Notes: generated by a model from the letters alone, not told the origin. A DNA stretch of 64,000 bases from Actinomycetota bacterium (GCA_046735295.1 JBKPTA010000006.1:26074-90073), one strand, 5' to 3'. Counted from the first letter of the stretch, positions 18,888 through 29,628 are shown. Numbers and translations: made by a program.

Positions 18888-20033
18888 GTGAGGATCCTGT
18901 TCGCCTCGTGGCCGGGCTACGGCCATCTCCTGCCGATGGTGCCGTTGATCCGGGCCTCTCAACACGGCGGCCATGAGGTCGTCGTGTCCTCCGGGAAGGA
19001 CCTGGCCCGGGTGGCCGAAGGGCTCGACGTGCCGTTCCAGCCCTCCGGGAGGACCGCGGCGGAGGGCTACGCCGGGCTTCCCGACTCGGCCACGATCGGC
19101 CGGCTCCCACCATCCGAGCAGAGCGCCTTCGCCGGTCGCCACCTGTTCGGGGCGGGTGCCGTGGCCAGGGCACGCGACCTGCTCGACCTCACGTCGTACT
19201 GGCGTCCCGACGTCGTCGTGCACGACACCCTCGAGCTCGGGTCGGCCGTGGCCGCTGAGGCCCTCGGCGTCCCGCACGTCACCCATGGCTACGGTCCGAT
19301 GCTCGCCGAGAACGACGAGCTGATCTCGCACATCGGAGAGGCGGTCGCGTCGTCCGGGCTGGCCGACCCCGCGAGCGCAGTGAGGTCCGCGCCGTACCTC
19401 GACGTCTGCCCCCCGGCTCTCCACCCGAGCGGGACGACGCGCTGGGCCGACGTCCGGCCCCTGCGTCCCTCGGCCGGAGAGGCCGGGCCCGGCGACATCA
19501 CCGCGGAAGTCGCGGACCTGGCGTACTCGACCAGCGTGTACCTCACGCTCGGCACCGTGATGAACCAGGCTCCGCAGGTCTTCGCCGCTGTGCTCGAGGC
19601 CTGTACCCGGCTGCAGCTGAACGCGATCGTCACCACCGGGCCCGACGTCGACGTCTCCCGGCTCGACGTCACGGGCGCCAGTGTGCTGAGCCGCCCCTTC
19701 CTGCCACAGGCCGCGGTGCTCCCGCACTGCCGCGCCGTGGTGTCCCACGCCGGAGCCGGCACGATCCTGGGCGCGCTCTGCCATGGGCTCCCGCAGCTGT
19801 GTCTGCCGCAGGGCACCGACCAGCCGCGCAACGCCGCTCTCCTGGTGACCACCGGCGCAGCGCTCGCCCTGAGGCCCGACGAGATCGACGTCGAGACGGT
19901 GACCGAGGCCCTGGACGGACTCTTGAGCGAGCCGGGCTTCACCCGGGCGGCTGAGGCCGTGCGCGACCAGATCGACCGCATGCCGGACGCGGCGACCGTG
20001 CTCGAGGGCGTCCTCGAGGTGGTGCGGTCGTGA
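18888..20033 (+). CDS. GT1-family (MGT/UDP-glycosyltransferase-like) glycosyltransferase
   Basis: VRILFASWPGYGHLLPMVPLIRA... together with the C-terminal nucleotide-sugar motif ...SHAGAGTILGALCHGLPQLCLPQGTDQPRNA. It starts 18 nt after the regX3 stop. Confidence 0.8.
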   Translation: MRILFASWPGYGHLLPMVPLIRASQHGGHEVVVSSGKDLARVAEGLDVPFQPSGRTAAEGYAGLPDSATIGRLPPSEQSAFAGRHLFGAGAVARARDLLDLTSYWRPDVVVHDTLELGSAVAAEALGVPHVTHGYGPMLAENDELISHIGEAVASSGLADPASAVRSAPYLDVCPPALHPSGTTRWADVRPLRPSAGEAGPGDITAEVADLAYSTSVYLTLGTVMNQAPQVFAAVLEACTRLQLNAIVTTGPDVDVSRLDVTGASVLSRPFLPQAAVLPHCRAVVSHAGAGTILGALCHGLPQLCLPQGTDQPRNAALLVTTGAALALRPDEIDVETVTEALDGLLSEPGFTRAAEAVRDQIDRMPDAATVLEGVLEVVRS

Positions 20034-20159
20034 CCGGTCCCAGCGGGCCCCAGCAGACGAGGGTCCCCGATGTCCTCCCGAGGAGCGGGCTGCCATCGCA
20101 ACGTCGGACGTGCGGGTTCGCTAGCCTGCCAACCTCTCGACAGCGGTCAGGGGGCATCC

Positions 20160-22295
20160 ATGCGGCAGTGGGGTGAACTGGTGCTGCGGCACCGCAGGAT
20201 CGTGATGGTGGTCTGGGCGCTCGTGGCCATCGCCGGGATCTCGGTCACCAGCACGGTCAACAACCGGCTCACGGTCGACTTCTCGCTCCCTGGGCAGCCG
20301 GGCGACGAGGCGGCCGGCAAGATCATCCGGGCCTTCCACAACGGCGGGAACACCTCCCCCCTCGTCGCCACGATCACGCTGCCGGCCGGGCAGACGATCA
20401 CGGGCAACGAGGACGTGGTCGGAAAGGCCTTCGCGGCGATCGGTTCGGCCGACCCCGGGCATCCGCTGCGCGTCGTCGACGAGGCGAACACCGGCGACGA
20501 GGCGTTCCGCACCTCCGACGACCGGACGGCCTACGCGCTGGTGTTCTACCCGTTCCCACAGAGCTTCAACGAAAAGGTCCCCACCGACCCTGTGAAGCAC
20601 GCGGTCTCGGATGCCGGTCCGCCGGGGGCGTTGGTGGGCGTCACCGGCATGGACGCCCTCGCCGTGGGTGACGACTCGGGTGGCAACGGTGTCCTCACCG
20701 AGACGCTTCTGGGCGCGGTCGGGGCCCTCGCGGTGCTGCTCTTCGTCTTCGCCTCGGCGCTGGCGTTCATGCCGCTCCTGATCGCGGCGGTGTCGATCCT
20801 GACGACGTTCCTGTTGCTGCTGCCACTCACCTACCTGACCGATGTGTCGTTCATCGTCGAGTTCCTGGTCGCGCTGGTGGGGCTCGGTGTGGCCATCGAC
20901 TACTCCCTGCTGTTCGTGACGCGGTGGCGGGAGGAGCGCGACCACGGCAAGGACAACCACGCTGCTGTCGTGGACGCCATGGAGACGGCGGGGCACGCAG
21001 TGCTCTTCAGCGGGCTCACGGTGGCCATCGGGCTGCTCGCGCTGGTGGTGCTGCCAGTGCCGTTCATGCGAAGCATCGGCTACGGCGGCGCCCTGATCCC
21101 GCTGGCCAGCGTGCTGGTCACCCTGACCCTCACCCCGGCGATCCTCGGGGGCATCGGCCCTCGGGTCGACTGGCCCAAGATCCGCCACGAGAACACGCCG
21201 AGCCGCGGCTGGACGGCGTGGGCCCGGCTGATCGTCCGCCACCGGTGGATCGCCGCGCTCAGTGCGCTGGCGGCGATCGGCGTTCTGTTCGTGTCGTTCC
21301 TGGGGATCAAGATCGGCGCCACGGACTCCGCGTCGCTCGCACACACCGGTGCGGCCTACGACACGCTCCAGGTGCTGGAGAAGGGCGGCGTGACCACCGG
21401 CACGCTGACTCCGATGGAGGTGCTGACCGACACCGGCCGGGCCGAGGCGGTCGCCGGCCGGCTCCGCGCCGTCGACGGCGTCACCCACGTCGCCGTCCCC
21501 ACCGGCCCCGGCAGCTCCGTCGACGGTCAGACCGTGATCGTCGTCGTGCCGGACGAGGAGACGGTCAACAACACCAGCGTCGACGTCGTCCGTCGGGTCA
21601 CCGACGCCGCTGACGGCATGGACGGTGTGGTCGGCGTGACGGGGCTCGGCAACGCCCAGGTCGACTTCCTGCACGCGGTCTACGGCAACTTCCCGCTCAT
21701 GCTGCTCCTGATCGCCCTGCTCACCTACGTGCTCCTCGTGCGCGCGTTCCGCTCGTTGCTGCTGCCCCTGAAGGCGGTCCTGCTCAACCTGGTCTCGCTG
21801 AGCGCGGTGTACGGGCTGATGGTGCTGTTCTGGCAGAAGGGCTACGGGTCGGAGGCCGTCTTCGGCATCGCGAAGACCGGTGCGGTGACGTTCTGGATCC
21901 CGCTGATGGTGTTCGCGTTCCTGTTCGGGCTCTCGATGGACTACGAGGTCTTCATCCTGAGCCGCATCCGGGAGGAGTACGACGGAGGGCTGCCCACCGA
22001 CGAGGCGGTGATCACCGGCATCGGACGGACCGGCAGGCTGGTCACCAGCGCGGCCCTGATCCTCTTCCTGGCGTTCGCCGCGCTCGCCTCCGGCCCGGGC
22101 ACCGACCTCAAGGTGATGGCGACCGGCCTCGGGTTCGGGATCCTGCTCGACGCCACCATCGTCCGCTCGCTCCTCGTGCCGTCGCTGGTGTCGCTCTTCG
22201 GCGCGTGGAACTGGAAGCTGCCCGACTCCGTCGCCCGACTGGTGCGGGTCGATGTCTCGCATCCACACGCAGAGCCGGAGCCGGTCGGCGACTGA
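20160..22295 (+). CDS. MMPL-family (RND-type) transporter
   Basis: From MRQWGELVLRHRRIVMVVWALVAIAG, two 6-TM bundles carry the typical ...AIDYSLLFVTRWREE... and ...SMDYEVFILSRIREE... motifs. Confidence 0.85.
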   Translation: MRQWGELVLRHRRIVMVVWALVAIAGISVTSTVNNRLTVDFSLPGQPGDEAAGKIIRAFHNGGNTSPLVATITLPAGQTITGNEDVVGKAFAAIGSADPGHPLRVVDEANTGDEAFRTSDDRTAYALVFYPFPQSFNEKVPTDPVKHAVSDAGPPGALVGVTGMDALAVGDDSGGNGVLTETLLGAVGALAVLLFVFASALAFMPLLIAAVSILTTFLLLLPLTYLTDVSFIVEFLVALVGLGVAIDYSLLFVTRWREERDHGKDNHAAVVDAMETAGHAVLFSGLTVAIGLLALVVLPVPFMRSIGYGGALIPLASVLVTLTLTPAILGGIGPRVDWPKIRHENTPSRGWTAWARLIVRHRWIAALSALAAIGVLFVSFLGIKIGATDSASLAHTGAAYDTLQVLEKGGVTTGTLTPMEVLTDTGRAEAVAGRLRAVDGVTHVAVPTGPGSSVDGQTVIVVVPDEETVNNTSVDVVRRVTDAADGMDGVVGVTGLGNAQVDFLHAVYGNFPLMLLLIALLTYVLLVRAFRSLLLPLKAVLLNLVSLSAVYGLMVLFWQKGYGSEAVFGIAKTGAVTFWIPLMVFAFLFGLSMDYEVFILSRIREEYDGGLPTDEAVITGIGRTGRLVTSAALILFLAFAALASGPGTDLKVMATGLGFGILLDATIVRSLLVPSLVSLFGAWNWKLPDSVARLVRVDVSHPHAEPEPVGD

Positions 22296-22361
22296 CGAGC
22301 CAGCCGGCGCCCGCGTGTCAAAGGGCGGGGGATCGTCGCGACGAGACCCCCGACGACCCGC

Positions 22362-22952
22362 TCAGCCGACCACGATGACGTGGAGGTTCCGAGGCCCGTG
22401 CACGCCTTCCACCCGGTCGAGCTCGATGTCGCTGGTGGCGCTGGGGCCGCTGATCCAGGTGAGCGGCCGCGACGCATCCAAGGTGGCGACGGCCTCCGGC
22501 ACGTCGGCGACGACCTGGTCCGCCGTCACGACGCACACATGGTGGTCGGGTACCAGCGTGATCGCGCGGCGTCCCTGGCCGGGGCCGTGGTCGAGGACGA
22601 TCGTTCCGGTCTCGGCGATGCCGAGCCGGGCCCGGGTGACGACCGCGCCCACCGCGTCCAGGTCCGCTGCGGCGAGGCCGTCGTCGACGACGGCGCCGGG
22701 CACGTCCAGGTCGAGATCGGGAGGTACGACGACCCGGGCACCGTCGGGGAGGGCGAGCCGCACACGGTCGGTGACCTCGGTCATCGAGCACCGCTCCACC
22801 TCGGCGCGGTAGTCCGCGACCCGCTCACAGAAGAGCGAGACGACGTCGAGCCCCTGACCCGGCGTACGCCGCGGCACCGAGGCCGCCGGAGGGCGCGGCG
22901 CGCCGCTCAACGCCGACCTCACCCGGCCCAGGATCTCCTCGCGGGCGCTCAC
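22362..22952 (-). CDS. lutC: lactate utilization protein C (LutC/YkgG family)
   Basis: ...ARLGIAETGTIVLDHGPGQGRRAITLVPDHHVCVV...SGPSATSDIE.... The start is set at GTG 22952 (GTGA overlap with the lutB stop). The ORF track extends to 22970. Confidence 0.8.
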   Translation of the reverse strand: MSAREEILGRVRSALSGAPRPPAASVPRRTPGQGLDVVSLFCERVADYRAEVERCSMTEVTDRVRLALPDGARVVVPPDLDLDVPGAVVDDGLAAADLDAVGAVVTRARLGIAETGTIVLDHGPGQGRRAITLVPDHHVCVVTADQVVADVPEAVATLDASRPLTWISGPSATSDIELDRVEGVHGPRNLHVIVVG

Positions 22953-24382
22953 GGGTGGGTTCGCCTCCACCAGGCCCGGAACGACTCACGAGGTGGCACC
23001 GGCAGGTCGCGGGCTCCGGTCCACCGGCGCCCCGGTCCCGGCAGACCGGCGAGCCGCACCCACCAGCGACCGGCCCACCCGGCGAGGCGCTCGACGCGGG
23101 CCAGCCGCCGGGGGTCCGAGAGGATCCCCGCCGCGGACCTCATGACCAGTGCCTCTGCCGTCGGCCGACCGCTGCGGTGCGCGTCCACCACCTGCGACCG
23201 GAGGTGGACCAGCACCGTCGGGATGTCGATCTTGACCGGGCAGACCTGGTAGCAGGCGCCACACAGGCTCGAGGCGTACGGCAGCGAGTCGACCTGCGGA
23301 TCCTCACCGACGCCCCGCAGGAGGGGGTTGAGGATCGCCCCGATCGGGCCGGGGTACACCGAGCCGTAGGCGTGTCCCCCGACGCGCTCGTAGACGGGGC
23401 AGACGTTGAGGCACGCCGAGCACCGGATGCACCGCAGGGCCTGGCGACCGACCGGGTCGGCCAGGGCCCGGGTACGCCCGTTGTCCAGCAGCACGACGTG
23501 CACCTCCTGGGGCCCGTCACCGGGGGACACGCCGTGCCACATCGACGTGTAGGGGTTCATCCGCTCGCCCGTCGAGGAGCGCGGCAGCAGCCGCAGGAAG
23601 ACGTCGAGGTCCGACCAGCGCGGGACCACCTTCTCGATGCCGACGACCGACACCAGCACCTCGGGCAGGGTGAGGCACATCCGGCCGTTGCCCTCGGACT
23701 CGACCACGACGAGCGTCCCGGTCTCGGCGACCGCGAAGTTCGCCCCGGAGACGCCGACCTTCGCGCGCAGGAACTTCTCACGCAGATGCAGCCGCGCGGC
23801 GTTCGCGAGCTCGCCGGGGTCGTCGGTGAGGTCGTCCGGGGCCGGTCGGCCGGAGACTGCCATCCGCTGCCGGAAGATCTCCCGGATCTCGGCGCGGTTG
23901 CGGTGGATCGCCGGCACCAGGATGTGTGAGGGACGGTCGTCGCCGAGCTGGACGATGAGCTCCGCGAGATCGGTCTCCCACGCTGCGATGCCGTCGGCGG
24001 CGAGTGCCTCGTTGAGACCGATCTCCTGAGTGGCCATCGACTTGACCTTGACGACCTCGTCCACGCCATGGGCCAGGGCGACGTCGGCCACCACCCGGCA
24101 GGCCTCCGCGGCGTCCCTCGCCCAGTGGACGACCGCACCACGCGCGACGAGCGACTCCTCCAGCCGCTCGAGATGACGGTGCAGGTCGGACAACGCCGCG
24201 TCCTTGATGTCGGCGCCCGCCTGACGCAGCGGCTCCCAGTCGGCCACCTCGGCGACCACCCGCGCCCGCTTGTCGCGGATCGTCCGCGTCGCGTGCGCCA
24301 GGTTGTGCCGGAGCTGGGTGTCGGCCAGGGCCTCCCGAGCCGCCACGGGGAACGCGGGCATGCCGACGAAGGTGCCGGTCAT
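22949..24382 (-). CDS. lutB: lactate utilization protein B (iron-sulfur, LutB/YkgF family)
   Basis: Two 4Fe-4S ferredoxin motifs (CIRCSACLNVCP and CGACYQVCP) are present, together with the LUD domain. Confidence 0.9.
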   Translation of the reverse strand: MTGTFVGMPAFPVAAREALADTQLRHNLAHATRTIRDKRARVVAEVADWEPLRQAGADIKDAALSDLHRHLERLEESLVARGAVVHWARDAAEACRVVADVALAHGVDEVVKVKSMATQEIGLNEALAADGIAAWETDLAELIVQLGDDRPSHILVPAIHRNRAEIREIFRQRMAVSGRPAPDDLTDDPGELANAARLHLREKFLRAKVGVSGANFAVAETGTLVVVESEGNGRMCLTLPEVLVSVVGIEKVVPRWSDLDVFLRLLPRSSTGERMNPYTSMWHGVSPGDGPQEVHVVLLDNGRTRALADPVGRQALRCIRCSACLNVCPVYERVGGHAYGSVYPGPIGAILNPLLRGVGEDPQVDSLPYASSLCGACYQVCPVKIDIPTVLVHLRSQVVDAHRSGRPTAEALVMRSAAGILSDPRRLARVERLAGWAGRWWVRLAGLPGPGRRWTGARDLPVPPRESFRAWWRRTHP

Positions 24383-25152
24383 GGGCGGCGCACCGTGGTC
24401 TCCCAGGGTCGTGCTGACGCGCCGTCCTCGGTTGCGGCCAGGATCTCGGCGAGGTGCATCGCGCGCATCCCGGACCGCTGTCGGGACAGCAGGCCGCCGA
24501 TGTGCATGAGGCAGGAGCTGTCCCCGGCGACCAGCACCTCAGCTCCCGTCTCGCGCGCGTGCCGCGCCTTGTCGCCGCCCATCGCAACCGACACGTCAGC
24601 GTTCTTCACCGCGAACGTCCCGCCGAAACCACAGCACTCCTCGGCCCCCGGCAGGTCAGCCAGGACCAGACCTCGCACCGACTCGAGCAGCCGGCGTGGC
24701 CGGTCGCCCACGCCCAGCAGTCGCAGCGAGTGACAGGTCGGGTGGTAGGTGACGCGGTGGGGGAAGTACGCCCCGACATCCGTCACTCCGAGCACGTCGA
24801 CCAGGAACTCGCTCAGCTCGTACACCTTCGGTGCCAGCTCGGTGACTGCCTTCGCCAGAGCCGCGTCCCCCGCGCGCTCGGCGACGATCCGGTGCTGGTG
24901 ACGCACCGATCCCGCACACGAGCCGGACGGCGCGACCACCGCGTCGTACCCCGCGAAGGCCTGGACGAAGGTGCGCACGACCGGCAGCGCCTCGTCCAGG
25001 TAGCCGGTGTTCACCATGGGCTGGCCGCAGCAGGTCTGGGCCTCGGGGAACTCGACCTCGACCCCGAGCCGCGAGAGGAGCTCGACCACGGCACGGCCGA
25101 CTGCTGGGAACATCGCGTCGTTCACACACGTGACCAGCAGCGCGACGCGCAT
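24379..25152 (-). CDS. lutA: lactate utilization protein A ((Fe-S)-binding CCG-domain oxidoreductase)
   Basis: From MRVALLVTCVNDAMFPAVG..., the CCG motifs TCCGQP and ECCGFGG are present. Confidence 0.9.
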   Translation of the reverse strand: MRVALLVTCVNDAMFPAVGRAVVELLSRLGVEVEFPEAQTCCGQPMVNTGYLDEALPVVRTFVQAFAGYDAVVAPSGSCAGSVRHQHRIVAERAGDAALAKAVTELAPKVYELSEFLVDVLGVTDVGAYFPHRVTYHPTCHSLRLLGVGDRPRRLLESVRGLVLADLPGAEECCGFGGTFAVKNADVSVAMGGDKARHARETGAEVLVAGDSSCLMHIGGLLSRQRSGMRAMHLAEILAATEDGASARPWETTVRRP

Positions 25153-25238
25153 GCGCCCATCCTGCAGCATGGCATCGAGCAGATGCCATGTCCGATCACC
25201 GCGTGAGAGCAGTCGCTGGTCGACCCTAGGTTGGAGTC

Positions 25239-26165
25239 GTGCCGCTGACCGACCGCTCCTGGCTTCCGCTCGCGGCAGTCGCCACCACCCTCCTGCTCTG
25301 GGCGTCCGCGTTCGTCGCGATCCGGCACCTCGGCGGTGCCTACTCCGCGGGCGCCCTGTCATTGGGCCGGCTGGTCGTCGGCTCGATCGCCCTCGGTGCG
25401 GTGGCCGTCCCTCGCGGCCTCCTGCGGCCGAGCAGGCGTGACTGGCCGGCGCTGGTCGCGATCGGAGTGCTGTGGTTCGGCGTCTACAACCTCGCGCTGA
25501 ACGAGGGCGAGCACCACGTCGACGCCGGCACCTCGGCCATGCTGGTCCAGATCTCCCCGGTGCTGATCGCGGTGCTGGCGTCCGTGTTCCTGGGCGAGCG
25601 GTTCACGCCCTGGCTCGCGATCGGGCTGACGCTGGCGCTCGCGGGGGTCGTGCTGATCGGGGCCTCGCAACCGGGCGGCCACAGCGACGTCGTCGGGGTG
25701 CTGCTCTGCCTGCTCGCCGCCCTGGTCTACTCGGTCGCGCTCGTGGTGCAGAAGCCGCTGGTCTCACGGCTCTCGGCCCTGCACGTCACCTGGCTGGCCT
25801 GCACGGTCGGGGCGGTGGCATGCCTCCCGTTCGCCGGGCAGCTCGTCGACGGCACCCGCGAGGCGACAGGCTCGGACATCTGGTGGGTGGTCTACCTGGG
25901 CCTGTTCCCGACCGCCGTCGCCTTCACGACGTACGCGTTCGCGCTGCGACACATGACGGCCGGCAGCCTCGGGATCACGACGTACCTCGTTCCGCCGCTG
26001 ACGATCGTCATGGGCTGGCTGTTCCTGGGCGAGACACCTCCTGCGATGGCCTACCTCGGGGGCTCACTCGCCCTGGTCGGTGTGGCAGTGGCGCGCCGGA
26101 GCACGCGCGAGCGCGCCGCCGATCTGCAGCCGGCCGAGGCCACCCAGCCGTCGCCGAGCGCCTGA
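25239..26165 (+). CDS. EamA/DMT-family transporter
   Basis: The hydrophobicity pattern suggests ten TM helices in two EamA repeats. Confidence 0.85.
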   Translation: MPLTDRSWLPLAAVATTLLLWASAFVAIRHLGGAYSAGALSLGRLVVGSIALGAVAVPRGLLRPSRRDWPALVAIGVLWFGVYNLALNEGEHHVDAGTSAMLVQISPVLIAVLASVFLGERFTPWLAIGLTLALAGVVLIGASQPGGHSDVVGVLLCLLAALVYSVALVVQKPLVSRLSALHVTWLACTVGAVACLPFAGQLVDGTREATGSDIWWVVYLGLFPTAVAFTTYAFALRHMTAGSLGITTYLVPPLTIVMGWLFLGETPPAMAYLGGSLALVGVAVARRSTRERAADLQPAEATQPSPSA

Positions 26166-26214
26166 GATGCCGCCTCCGTGAACGTCGCGGCCCCCGGGCT
26201 GGTCGGCCTGACTC

Positions 26215-26853
26215 TCAGCTGAGCTCGGGCGTGATCCCGAACCATGGCAGGCACGGCTCGGCACCCGACACCTCGGCGGTCCGGCCGCTCGCGCGCCACG
26301 CCTCGCGCGTGAGCCGCACGTGCTGGAGCTCGGAGGCGCCGCTGGGGGTGTTGGTACGACTCAGACCGTTGTCGACGTAGCCCAGGCGGTAGGAGACCGC
26401 GAGTGACGGCGCGTTGTCGGTGCGGGCCGAGGAGACCGCGACCTCGGCGCCGAGGTGGTCGAACGCGAGCGCGAGGACACCTGTGCGCATCAGGCTCGCC
26501 AGCCCGCGCCCCCGCATCTCGGACGACAGCCACGAGAAGGAGTCGACCGTCCTGAGCAGCGGGAACTGCTCGCCCTCGAGCGCCTGGACGCCGCACACCC
26601 GGCCGTCGACCTCGACGGCGAGGTCGAGGCACCAGGAGCCCGGCGACCACGTCCCGCGGTGCTTCCAGACGTCGGCCGCGAGCTGGCGCCGCCTGTCGAC
26701 GTCGGGCGGCAGCGTCGGGAACGTCTCGTTCGCCGGGTTCATCTCCAGGTCGTCAGGGAGCACCGACTCCAGGACCTCGAGGTCGGCGTCCGTGAGACCG
26801 CGCAGGAGCACCTCACCACACCGGATACGCAGGTCGAAGAACGGCCAGGTCAC
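26215..26853 (-). CDS. GNAT-family N-acetyltransferase
   Basis: From GTG 26853 it reads VTWPFFDLRIRCGEVLLRGLTDADL...SWLSSEMRGRGLASLMRTGVLALAFDHLGAEVAVSSARTDNAPSLAVSYRLGY. Confidence 0.7.
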   Translation of the reverse strand: MTWPFFDLRIRCGEVLLRGLTDADLEVLESVLPDDLEMNPANETFPTLPPDVDRRRQLAADVWKHRGTWSPGSWCLDLAVEVDGRVCGVQALEGEQFPLLRTVDSFSWLSSEMRGRGLASLMRTGVLALAFDHLGAEVAVSSARTDNAPSLAVSYRLGYVDNGLSRTNTPSGASELQHVRLTREAWRASGRTAEVSGAEPCLPWFGITPELS

Positions 26854-26863
26854 GGACGAAAGG

Positions 26864-27370
26864 CTAAGGGGCGTCCGGGTCCGGGGTCGTCCCGGTCTCG
26901 AGCCAGCCGCGGAACGCCTCGAGGTTGCGCGTCGACTCGCCGCGCAGGTTGCGCCACTCCCACTCCTTGCGGATCGACGAGGCGAAGCCGAGCTCGAGGA
27001 TGGTGTTGAACGGGCCGTCGGCGTGCGCCAGCACGGAGCCGAGCAGCCGATCGAGCTCCTCCGGCGTGACCAACGAGAGGGGGAGCCGGGCGTCGAGGTA
27101 GATGTCGCCGAGACGGTCGATGGCGTACGCGACGCCGTACGTCTTGAGGTTGCGCTCCAGCAGCCAGCGGTACACCCGCTCGTGGTTCTCGTCCGGGTTG
27201 CGGCAGACGAACGCATGGACGGCGAGGGCGTGCGTCCCCACGTCGATCCGTACCGGGGTCTGCAGCTTCCGCTCCCCCGGTAGGGCGAAGCTGAACGAGC
27301 CGTCGTGCTCGTCGTAGTCGAGCTCGTTGTCGGTCAGGTAGTCGCGCAGCACCTGGGCCGGGTCACTCAT
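26864..27370 (-). CDS. YbjN-domain protein (Rv0487-like neighbour of mshA)
   Basis: MSDPAQVLRDYLTDNELDYDEHDGSFSFALPGERKLQTPVRIDVG...AYAIDRLGDIYL. It sits immediately downstream of mshA, as in mycobacteria. Confidence 0.75.
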   Translation of the reverse strand: MSDPAQVLRDYLTDNELDYDEHDGSFSFALPGERKLQTPVRIDVGTHALAVHAFVCRNPDENHERVYRWLLERNLKTYGVAYAIDRLGDIYLDARLPLSLVTPEELDRLLGSVLAHADGPFNTILELGFASSIRKEWEWRNLRGESTRNLEAFRGWLETGTTPDPDAP

Positions 27371-27420
27371 GGGTCCGACCCTGCCACGTCTGTCCAGGGT
27401 CGGGTGTCCCGACGCTTGCG

Positions 27421-28692
27421 TCAGACCGGCTGCCGGAGCGCCGCCCGGGCACGCTCGTAGACGTCGAGGGTGTGCTCGGCGGTGTCCTCCCAGGAGAAGG
27501 CGCCGGCGCGCGTCCGCGCACCGGCCGCGAGCCGTGCCCTGAGCTGGTCGTCCAGGAGGACGCGACCGAGGGCGTGAGCCCACTGGTCCGGCTCGTGGGT
27601 GTCGAGCAGGAGTCCGCTCTCACCGTCAGCCACCACCGTGCTGAGCCCGCCGACGGCGGCAGCCACCACCGGCGTTCCGGCCGCCTGTGCTTCGACGGCG
27701 ACCAAGCCGAACGACTCGTTGTACGAAGGGACCGCCACGACCGAGGCGGCGGAGTCCCAGACCGCGAGCTCGGTGGGCGGCACCGGGGGTACGAACCGGA
27801 CGACGTCGGCGATCCGGAGCTCGTCGGCGAGCTCGGCGAGCGCCTCGGGGTGCTCGAGACCGGTGCCGGACGGGCCGCCGACGATCGGGACGACGAGGTG
27901 GTCCCGGAGATCCGGCCTGTGCGCCAGCAGGCAGGCGATCGCCCGGAGCAGCACGTCGGGCGCCTTCAGCGGCTGGAGACGTCCCGCGAAGAGCACCACG
28001 TGGGAGTCCTGGGGCAGGCCCAGCTGCTTTCGCGCGGCATGGGCGTCACGTGGCCGGAACACCGACAGGTCGACACCTGGATGCACGACCTCGACCCGGC
28101 CGGGATCGGCGCCGTAGAGGTCGACCAGCTGCGTGGCCTCGAGCTCGGTGCTGGCGACCAGCATGTCGGCGGCCTCGACCACCTGCTCCTCGCCGATGAT
28201 CCGGGCCGGAGGCTCGGGCAGGTCACCCACGGCGAGGGCGTCGTTCTTGACCTTGGCCATCGTGTGCATGGTGTGGACCAGGGGCACGCCCCAGCGGTCC
28301 CGAGCCAGGGCACCGACCTGGCCGGAGAGCCAGTAGTGGGAGTGCACGACGTCGTAGTGACCGAGGGGGAGCCCGGCTTCGGTGCGCAGGATCTCCCGGG
28401 CGAACACGCACAGCTGACCGGGGAGCTCGCCCTTGGTCAGGCCCTCGAACGGGCCGGCATGGATGTTGCGCACGGTGATGCCTGCACCCATGGGGACGAC
28501 GGGATCGACCCGGGACGACGTGGCCCTGGTGAAGATGTCGACCTCGATGCCGGCCGCCGCCAGGCGACGGGACAGCTCGACGACGTAGACGTTCATCCCA
28601 CCGGCGTCACCGGTGCCCGGCTGGTCGAGCGGCGACGTGTGGACGCTGATCATCGCCACGCGGCGAACGGCGTCGGCCTCGGTGAGCCCCAC
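27421..28692 (-). CDS. mshA: D-inositol-3-phosphate glycosyltransferase (mycothiol biosynthesis)
   Basis: [36 protein letters not shown]... is the signature MshA N-terminus. The C-terminus is GT4-type: ...[24 protein letters not shown]. Confidence 0.9.
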   Translation of the reverse strand: MGLTEADAVRRVAMISVHTSPLDQPGTGDAGGMNVYVVELSRRLAAAGIEVDIFTRATSSRVDPVVPMGAGITVRNIHAGPFEGLTKGELPGQLCVFAREILRTEAGLPLGHYDVVHSHYWLSGQVGALARDRWGVPLVHTMHTMAKVKNDALAVGDLPEPPARIIGEEQVVEAADMLVASTELEATQLVDLYGADPGRVEVVHPGVDLSVFRPRDAHAARKQLGLPQDSHVVLFAGRLQPLKAPDVLLRAIACLLAHRPDLRDHLVVPIVGGPSGTGLEHPEALAELADELRIADVVRFVPPVPPTELAVWDSAASVVAVPSYNESFGLVAVEAQAAGTPVVAAAVGGLSTVVADGESGLLLDTHEPDQWAHALGRVLLDDQLRARLAAGARTRAGAFSWEDTAEHTLDVYERARAALRQPV

Positions 28693-28825
28693 GGCGTACC
28701 CCTTCCCGGCCGCACGACGGCCCCAGCGGCGTCAACCGGCGCGATCCGGCGCGAATTCCCGAACCACCCGTCGGCCGGCGGACCGATCTGCGCGGCTCGA
28801 GGCGGCTACCGGCACAATCGGGCGT

Positions 28826-29566
28826 GTGACCCGTCGTACCGCCGTCGTGACCGGAGCCAGCAGCGGGATCGGGGCCGCGACCGCTCGCGCTCTCGCCGCC
28901 GAGGGGTACGCCGTGTGGTGCGCTGCGCGACGCAGCGACCGGATCCGAGCGCTCGCCGAGGAGATCTCCGGCACGGCGGTCACCTGCGACGTGACCTCGC
29001 CCGAGTCCGTCGCGGAGCTCGCCGGCGCGGTGGGAGACACCCTGGACGTGCTCGTCAACAACGCCGGCGGCGCGTTCGGCTTCTCACCGGTCGCCGAGGC
29101 CGATCCCGAGGACTGGCGGCGGATGTACGACGTGAACGTCCTCGGCCTCCTCCACGTGACCCAGGCCCTCCTGCCCGCGCTGCGGGCGAGCGGGGACGGC
29201 CTGATCGTGAACGTCGGCTCGACGGCCGGACGGATCGCCTACGAGGGGGGCGCCGGCTACACCGCAGCCAAGCACGGCACCCAGGTCGTCACCGAGACCC
29301 TCCGGCTCGAGCTGGTCGGGGAGCCGATCCGCATCAGCGAGATCGCGCCGGGCCTGGTCCGCACCGAGGAGTTCGCCCTGGTGCGCTTCGCGGGTGACCG
29401 GAGCAAGGCGGACGCCGTCTACGCCGGAGTGGCCGAACCGCTGGTCGCCGAGGACGTGGCGGACGCGATCGCCTGGATCGCCACCCGCCCCTCACACGTC
29501 AACATCGACGAGCTGGTGATCAAGCCCCGCGCGCAGGCCGCCCAGCACAAGGTGCATCGCGAGTGA
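28826..29566 (+). CDS. SDR-family oxidoreductase
   Basis: From GTG 28826 it reads VTRRTAVVTGASSGIGAATA... (TGxxxGIG), then NNAG and YTAAK. Confidence 0.85.
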   Translation: MTRRTAVVTGASSGIGAATARALAAEGYAVWCAARRSDRIRALAEEISGTAVTCDVTSPESVAELAGAVGDTLDVLVNNAGGAFGFSPVAEADPEDWRRMYDVNVLGLLHVTQALLPALRASGDGLIVNVGSTAGRIAYEGGAGYTAAKHGTQVVTETLRLELVGEPIRISEIAPGLVRTEEFALVRFAGDRSKADAVYAGVAEPLVAEDVADAIAWIATRPSHVNIDELVIKPRAQAAQHKVHRE

Positions 29567-29628
29567 CGCGAGTCTGACCCGTGGGACCCGGGTGTCGTCG
29601 TGCACGAGAGGCGGCAAGACTGCCGTGC

